Shown here piece after piece: positions 60,948 through 64,000 of a DNA stretch of 64,000 bases. The translations under genes were made by a program, and so were the position numbers. The DNA is from Bispira polyomma (taxonomy: Eukaryota), in NCBI GenBank assembly GCA_965649765.1, contig OZ287755.1:2170001-2234000 (forward strand). Direction: 5' to 3'. The notes under the pieces are model-generated. The model was not told the DNA's origin. It saw only the letters and a program-made list of their open reading frames with translations, and searched no databases. How positions within the stretch are numbered: the stretch's first letter is position 1; the number at the start of each line of letters is the position of its first letter.

Positions 60948-61767
60948 TGTTACAAATGGGGACATTGTGGTGTGTTGAAGAAAAACCGGTCTAGTTAGTA
61001 CTAATGGTTTTACACTCTGCTGGAGTGATCTATTTATAGATTTGGGGAAACCCCTAAGCTTCTAGAAACCGGTTCTATTTTATTTCTGAAGGTTATTAAA
61101 GTTGTATTCATATGTATATCTCATCTCTGGAATGTCCTAGCGATTGCTTACACATTCTAGCAACCTTCTCTAGCAGTGGTATATATAAGGGTTGACAGCC
61201 TGGCCACAGAAGAGATTTAATTGAGCTGAGGTGCTATATGAATGCTATAGGAACTACTATACTGTTTGTTATATACATTTTGTGGTGAACTCATTGGAGT
61301 GAACTAGATAAAAGTTGTGGATCTACCAGAGATTGGATTTACTGCATATTGGATATTGTTTGCATCCTGGACTGGATAGCTTAGTTGTGCAGATTCTCTG
61401 GATATATACATTTTGTGTGCGTGGACGCTGAACAGATAACAGGATACAGGCATTGTGTGGACATTAAGCGGATCTCAAGACAGATTGCTGGATACAGTGG
61501 ACAAACTGGTTTAATTGTTATTTAAGTGGACAGGACTGTGGTCAGGTCAGATTGATTTCATTATTATATTATTGTGTGAGCTATTAAGGGTATCTCAGTT
61601 GACTGTAATTCTGTAATTCTGTAATTTTGTAATTTTATAATTCTGTAATTCTGTAGTTGTTATTTTATTTGTTAAATAAATTTGTTAAGTGAAACTTTTT
61701 GTCTTTTCCTGTTACAACCTCAAAGCAACCGGTAATTGCTACCGCGCTGGCTCCCGTCACCGTAACA
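60948..61767 (+). repeat. 3' LTR
   Basis: Identical to the 5' LTR by eye except C61469 versus T55582. Confidence 0.97.
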
Positions 61768-61904
61768 TGAAGTAAGGTGTGTTAAGGTTGCTTCTGAAAC
61801 TAGAGAGGGTTGGTGCGGCAACACAGCAAATCATAGGATCCAATCTGTTTACTGGTTCTGGTCTTGGAGACTGACATTTGGGGTTTCCTGGTATTAAACC
61901 TGCT

Positions 61905-62400
61905 GAAAGACAACAATGAGGCAAGACATGCAGTACTTGATTGGTGGCCAAAAGACAGCAATAGAGCAAGATATACAGTACTTGATTGGTGGCCAAAAGA
62001 CAGCAATGAGGCAAGATATACAGTACTTGATTGGTGACCAAAAGACAGCAATAAGGCAAGATATGCGGTACTTGATTGATGACCAAAAGACAGCAATGAG
62101 GCAAGATATGCAGTACTTGATTGGTGGCCATAAAACAGCAATCAGGCAAGATATACGATACTTGATTGGTGGCCAAAAGACAGCAATGAGGCAAGATATA
62201 CAGTACTTGATTGGTGACCAAAAGACAGCAATAAGGCAAGATATGCGGTACTTGATTGATGACCAAAAGACAGCAATGAGGCAAGATATGCAGTACTTGA
62301 TTGGTGGCCATAAAACAGCAATCAGGCAAGATATACGATACTTGATTGGTGGCCAACAGACAGCAATGAGGCAAGATATAAGGTATTTGATAGGTGGCTA
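61905..62400. repeat. 45-bp minisatellite x11 with an exact 180-bp higher-order duplication
   Basis: Unit gacagcaatgaggcaagatatacagtacttgattggtggccaaaa; 61981-62160 equals 62161-62340. Confidence 0.95.
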
Positions 62401-64000
62401 ATGAAGTCTTTTGATAAAAGGGCTTGTACTAATAAGAGATCCCACACTAACACATAATTCTGTACACATTCATACAATATCTACAAGCGGAAGAGGAATT
62501 AGTCGGCAAAAATACCAAACATGAAACTTGTTCTGACTGCCACATTTGGGCACAGAAAATAAACTAATATTTTTTTTTTAATATAACTTCTTTGTGACTA
62601 AAACTTCTCTCTTTGTTTCAACACTTCTTTAAAAACACGTTCATGGCATTACATATGAAATATCTGCATTTTATATCCACCACATATAAACCACTGTGCA
62701 CTATTATTTGGGGTGGCAAACTTTTGTGATATTACTGTAGTAAGTGTATGTACTAGTTTTCTTTTAGAGGAGCCAGTAGTTCTGTCTGTATAATATCAAT
62801 AGACCATATTTTCCGACATAAAGGCCCTCTCTAATTATGGCTACCAACCCCCAACTTTTTCAAACTACTTTTAGGACATTTAATGCCACTTGTTGGTAGA
62901 ATTCTACTACACTCAAATACCAGGGGAAATTGGTTCCAATCTCAGTTTTAAGCAGAGTTGTCCATATGTTCGAGTAGGGAGCTGTCTTAGGTTAATATAT
63001 GACAATGTACAGCAGCATGTACAGTTAATTTACAGGATGTCTAAGTAGCCATACATTCTGAAGATAATTGAATTCTAGCAATACATATTACTATAATTTT
63101 TAACCTTGTGTTACTCCGCCACATTGTTTTCGTTAATGATTACCGTACACCCCCCCCCACCCCCCCCACCCCCAACCCCCATTTCAGTCCAAAGGGGAAC
63201 ACATTGAGGAAAAGATGTTTGATTTCAAACACATTTGGAGGTTTTATTTTAACATCATTTATATAACTTTGTTACATACTACATGTTAGTACAGTTTGTA
63301 AGCATCATATCTTTTCACATTGTTTGTTATTTTACATAGACACACAACTATGTTAATGTAATTTTTTTATCATTACTACCAACGTTTTGTTAGACTACAA
63401 TAACTTTTTTATTTTACAATACAGCAAAAGCATTGCTTTCTAAGTTCCCTTTGGATACTAGAGTACTTATGCTTTATATATCACCTCGGTATTCAACTAC
63501 AGGCATCACGTGGTCCATGGTGTTAGCTGCCTCTAACCATGGGTTGGTAACGACTAAGTGATATAATCTCTAATTATATATATAGAAAAGGTTAAAAAGT
63601 CCAGATTATTAAGAGCCATTTAATTTTTTAACCATTCCCTTTTCAACTGACAGGGTTATGCTACTTTTTTACACATACCCTCAACAAATAGAACACAAAG
63701 CCCCCGGGGTTGTTTTTAACAGAAGTTACAGTAGCTTGTCTGGTGGTGTAACCAACCCCCCCCCCCCCCTCGTCCCCCCCCCCCCCCCCCCACCGCCAAA
63801 CGGACACACACATGTGTGTATTAATGATTCAAGTCACCTACTTCTATATCTATTTTACCTCCTGCAAACTATTGTTGCCATGACAACCAGTTGACAGTTT
63901 GACAGGAGGATTTTGTTCCAGAGTATTCTTCGTATATTCACTGTGTTCCTTGTATACACTAACCGCCCCCTTTCCCCCTCCTCTCTCCCCCTCTAGCTCC

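Larger units (their letters stand above)
55061..61767 (+). mobile_element. Full-length Gypsy/Ty3 LTR retrotransposon, Gmr1-like (PR-IN-RT-RH order)
   Basis: 820-bp TG..CA LTRs at 55061-55880 and 60948-61767; 5-bp TSD TGAAG (55056-55060, 61768-61772); PBS; PPT; single intact gag-pol ORF. Confidence 0.97.
54895..62450 (-). mobile_element. Old L2-like 3' remnant split by the Gypsy insertion (54895-55060 plus 61768-62450)
   Basis: Minus strand: TSPFIKRLH*PPIKY.. (62430-62385), SVSKTRT..VAAPTLSSFRSNL.. (61900-61770), continuing across the TSD to ..PGYPL* (55060-55037), comparable to LKTYLFRLAYPP*. Confidence 0.65.

Noticed and set aside
61757-62401. 205-aa and 161-aa repeat proteins
   Set aside because: Explained by a 45-bp minisatellite derived from L2 sequence; there is no evidence of a real gene.
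63140-63894. Poly-C tracts and a polyproline ORF (also C-run at 405-424)
   Set aside because: Homopolymer low complexity with no coding support.

Overview
AT-rich animal genomic DNA with spliceosomal introns, probably from a marine invertebrate (taxon is inference only). The host content is a + strand tandem array of three CRAL-TRIO (alpha-tocopherol transfer protein/clavesin-like) lipid-binding protein genes. Paralog 1 is represented only by its last exon (909-1048). Paralog 2 is a complete 7-coding-exon gene (10626-33662, 314 aa) and paralog 3 is also complete (39315-46138, 315 aa). All three end in HFRKLNVD*. The rest is mobile DNA and repeats. It includes an intact, very recent Gypsy LTR retrotransposon with the Gmr1-type PR-IN-RT-RH order (55061-61767; 820-bp LTRs differing at one base, TGAAG TSD, tRNA-Pro PBS) and an older solo LTR of the same family. 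It also includes a triple nest (Tx1/L1-like LINE < Ngaro-like tyrosine-recombinase retroelement < L2-like tail), an L2/CR1-like LINE with a 2A-like GDVQINPGP motif, tRNA-derived SINEs, MITEs and several minisatellites. The most notable observations are: an inverted SINE pair flanking exons 2-6 of paralog 3 that predicts a 645-nt stop-free in-frame circular RNA; apparent homogenisation of exon 1 between otherwise diverged paralogs; a minisatellite amplified from a splice donor; and a minisatellite amplified from a LINE ORF2 motif. All alignments and counts were done by eye.
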